Virus record (IMG/VR): IMGVR_UViG_3300010885_040738
Span: 1-64,000 of that record
DNA from: a virus
DNA: 64,000 bases
Strand: one strand, 5' to 3'
Part shown: positions 61,768 through 64,000 of the stretch, in pieces
How positions within the stretch are numbered: the stretch's first letter is position 1
Layout of the letters: each line of letters starts with the position of its first letter
Position numbers and translations under genes: made by a program
Notes under the pieces: generated by a model
Told to the model about the DNA's origin: nothing
Database searches by the model: none
The model's input: only the letters and a program-made list of their open reading frames with translations

Positions 61768-63986
61768 GCATAAGCGGATTCGCCCCCGGGAAAGAGATTA
61801 CCGTACCGCGTGGGGCGTGGCCCGTCATCGCGCAGCGCCGCAAAGGTACGCCTTCTCGCGCCAGCGCCATGCAGAACGCCCGAATACAGTTCGGCACCGC
61901 CAGGAGCCGTGCGGGGACATCGGCGGTCTTCGCCGCGACCGGGAAGGTGAAGGCGATCAGCAATTGGATCACCCCGGGCGACGTGAACCTTGTGCTCTAT
62001 CAGGATGGCGACATCCTAAAGTCGTACCGGCAGGATACGGTGACGTCAGCCACCATCCTCACTGGCCTGACGACAACCCGGTCGCCGGTCTTTGCGCCGC
62101 TCAACGTCTGGAATTACATTTGTGGGTACGACACGTCTGGCAACGGCACTATTCAAACCCGCGTGTTCGACGGAACAAACGCGGACAAAGCATTTCGCGG
62201 GGCCCCGGTCGTGACTACTTGGGACGCGGTGGACTCCGGTGCCGGGCAATGCACCGCAGGGCAGCACTTCATTGGCTTCGTGTACCAGAACAGAACAGGG
62301 TACTCTGGCATTCCGGTCACCGGCTCATCGTTTACGATCTCGGCCGCCACCAACGCGGCACCGTGCGTCCTGACTGCTGTTGGCAATAATCTTATTGACG
62401 GCCAAACCGTGACGATCGCCAGCGGCACAGGCAACACCGCAATCAACGGCACCCGGATTGTCACCAACCGCGTTGGCTCGAACTTCGAGCTTACCGACAC
62501 CGACGGCAACGTCATCAATGGCAATGGAATCTATACCGGTGGCGGGACTGTCACAAACCCGATGCAGGTGACACTGACAGCCGGCCTTCGCAGCATTTCA
62601 GTGACGATCGACTTTCCGGCGCAAACTGACGGCGGTGCTGGTGCTGGCGGCGTTCAATCCACTTTGTTCCTGATCATGACCCGGGCCGACAACCCAAACA
62701 TTCAGTACTTCATCCCAACCGACACGCAGAGTGGCAGCGTCGGCACGCAGCCGGTGCCATACAATACGCCAGCCACACTGACCTTCGTCGCCAGTATTTC
62801 GGACGAGGACATGGCGAACTCGCTGGCTGGTGACACTGCGCAGGCAAACTTTAACCTTCTCGCGCAGGACGCCGCCGGTAACGGCCCCTTCAATCCAAAC
62901 TTTGTCGTCGCCTACGGGAACCGCATGTGTTACGGCGTCGGGACCACGATGTACGCCAGCGACATCAACAATCCTCAGCAGATCGCCGCCGACCTCAACG
63001 CGGTCCGGATGCAGAACCAGCGCAAGATGGGCGCTGCGTTCCAGTTGCCAGGGAACACGAACTTCTACATCACCGGTGACCAGTGGACCGGCTACGTCAC
63101 GGACACCGGCGATTACCCGTCGACGTGGGCTCCTCCCGTCGGCGTGTCAGACAGCCTTGGCGCGCCATTCCAGAACTGCGTTTGCGCTCAAACCGGCGGC
63201 AACTGGGTGTGGATCGTGACGTCTGCCGGACCTTACCTCTACGACGGCGCCTATGGTGAGCAGCCGATCACTTACCTTTACTCCGGCTACGCTCCCGACG
63301 AGTCTCCGATCGGATGGAAGCGTGTCAACTGGAACGCTGCCTACGCCATCCAGATCAAGGACAATGTCAAGGAAAGCAAGCTCTACATTGCAGTGCCCCT
63401 CGACGGCGCAACCGAGCCAAACTTCATGTTCTGCATTGACTACCTGCAGGGCAAGACTTTTGACACCTGCGACATCAGCTTGGACGTCTACAACCCAGCG
63501 CAGTTCTCCAGCATCGGCATCGTGAAAGAGATTGCAACCGGAACCGCGAATCTTTGGATCGGCCCGGCTGCAGCTGGCAACGTTCGCCGCGTGGACGTGG
63601 CGACTCACAACGATGAAGGCTTGGCGATTGATTCGTACTGGGAGTCCGGGCTGTGCCGCGGCGCTGAGTTCCGGACATCAATGATTCGCGTCGGCGCGGT
63701 TGACATCTGGGCCCGCGGGAATGCGCCTTTAGATGTCAACGGGAACCCGACGTTTACCGTGACACTGTATAGTCCAGATCATCAGGTGAGCGTCCCGTTC
63801 ACCTTGCTCAGCACCCAGGGCGTGCCGGCTGCTTTAGTGCCTCAACCGGGGATTGGATACCAGAGCAAATCTGACATCTCAAAAATCGAGAACTACTCTA
63901 TAAGAGTTGGAACGAACGTTATCAACGGATGGTGGGAGCTCAGCATGCTTCGGCCGTACGCTAAGGCTGACCTTTACAACAGGTAA
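61764..63986 (+). CDS. Putative tail tubular/nozzle protein with an FCCH-like insert
   Basis: 740 aa beta-propeller-like composition; ISAATNAAP..T..G..L.DGQTV insert. Confidence 0.6.
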   Translation: MSISGFAPGKEITVPRGAWPVIAQRRKGTPSRASAMQNARIQFGTARSRAGTSAVFAATGKVKAISNWITPGDVNLVLYQDGDILKSYRQDTVTSATILTGLTTTRSPVFAPLNVWNYICGYDTSGNGTIQTRVFDGTNADKAFRGAPVVTTWDAVDSGAGQCTAGQHFIGFVYQNRTGYSGIPVTGSSFTISAATNAAPCVLTAVGNNLIDGQTVTIASGTGNTAINGTRIVTNRVGSNFELTDTDGNVINGNGIYTGGGTVTNPMQVTLTAGLRSISVTIDFPAQTDGGAGAGGVQSTLFLIMTRADNPNIQYFIPTDTQSGSVGTQPVPYNTPATLTFVASISDEDMANSLAGDTAQANFNLLAQDAAGNGPFNPNFVVAYGNRMCYGVGTTMYASDINNPQQIAADLNAVRMQNQRKMGAAFQLPGNTNFYITGDQWTGYVTDTGDYPSTWAPPVGVSDSLGAPFQNCVCAQTGGNWVWIVTSAGPYLYDGAYGEQPITYLYSGYAPDESPIGWKRVNWNAAYAIQIKDNVKESKLYIAVPLDGATEPNFMFCIDYLQGKTFDTCDISLDVYNPAQFSSIGIVKEIATGTANLWIGPAAAGNVRRVDVATHNDEGLAIDSYWESGLCRGAEFRTSMIRVGAVDIWARGNAPLDVNGNPTFTVTLYSPDHQVSVPFTLLSTQGVPAALVPQPGIGYQSKSDISKIENYSIRVGTNVINGWWELSMLRPYAKADLYNR

Positions 63987-64000
63987 CATTATGACAAAAT

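Noticed and set aside
1-64000. CRISPR array, tRNA, rRNA, DGR/reverse transcriptase
   Set aside because: No regularly spaced repeat-spacer series, cloverleaf or RT motif was seen by eye; a dedicated scan could still find something

Overview
This window is about 64 kb of a tailed dsDNA bacteriophage or prophage with high GC content. A short-tailed (podovirus-like) virion is likely; no tape-measure or lysis gene is recognisable here. The signal-peptide style hints at an Acidobacteriota host (inference only). Layout: (1) 0.6-3.3 kb, leftward PAPS-reductase-like and YqaJ genes. (2) 3.4-18.1 kb, rightward recombination/replication module: Gp3/RDF-like, SMC-like ATPase, SF2 helicase, VRR-NUC, C5 methyltransferase, CHC2 zinc finger, VirE. 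(3) 18.2-29.3 kb, leftward array of small accessory genes. (4) 29.4-30.1 kb, iteron-rich non-coding region followed by a TerS-like gene. (5) 31.0-35.9 kb, leftward block bracketed by 48-bp direct repeats and carrying a serine recombinase. (6) 36.4-64 kb, rightward late module: TerL, portal, Acb1-like 2H phosphoesterase, scaffold, capsid and tail proteins. Most notable observations: a type II hammerhead ribozyme whose stem II holds the next gene's Shine-Dalgarno; a twister-like variant; a duplicated unknown structured RNA; genes bracketed by short leader repeats, suggesting cassette exchange; a methyltransferase locus coded in two frames from one ATGTG start; an apparently inactive mini-ComM and a beta-clamp fragment; tail proteins with Sec-like signal peptides; and a hidden antisense Xis-like gene. 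All protein calls come from motif recognition by eye; no database search was run.
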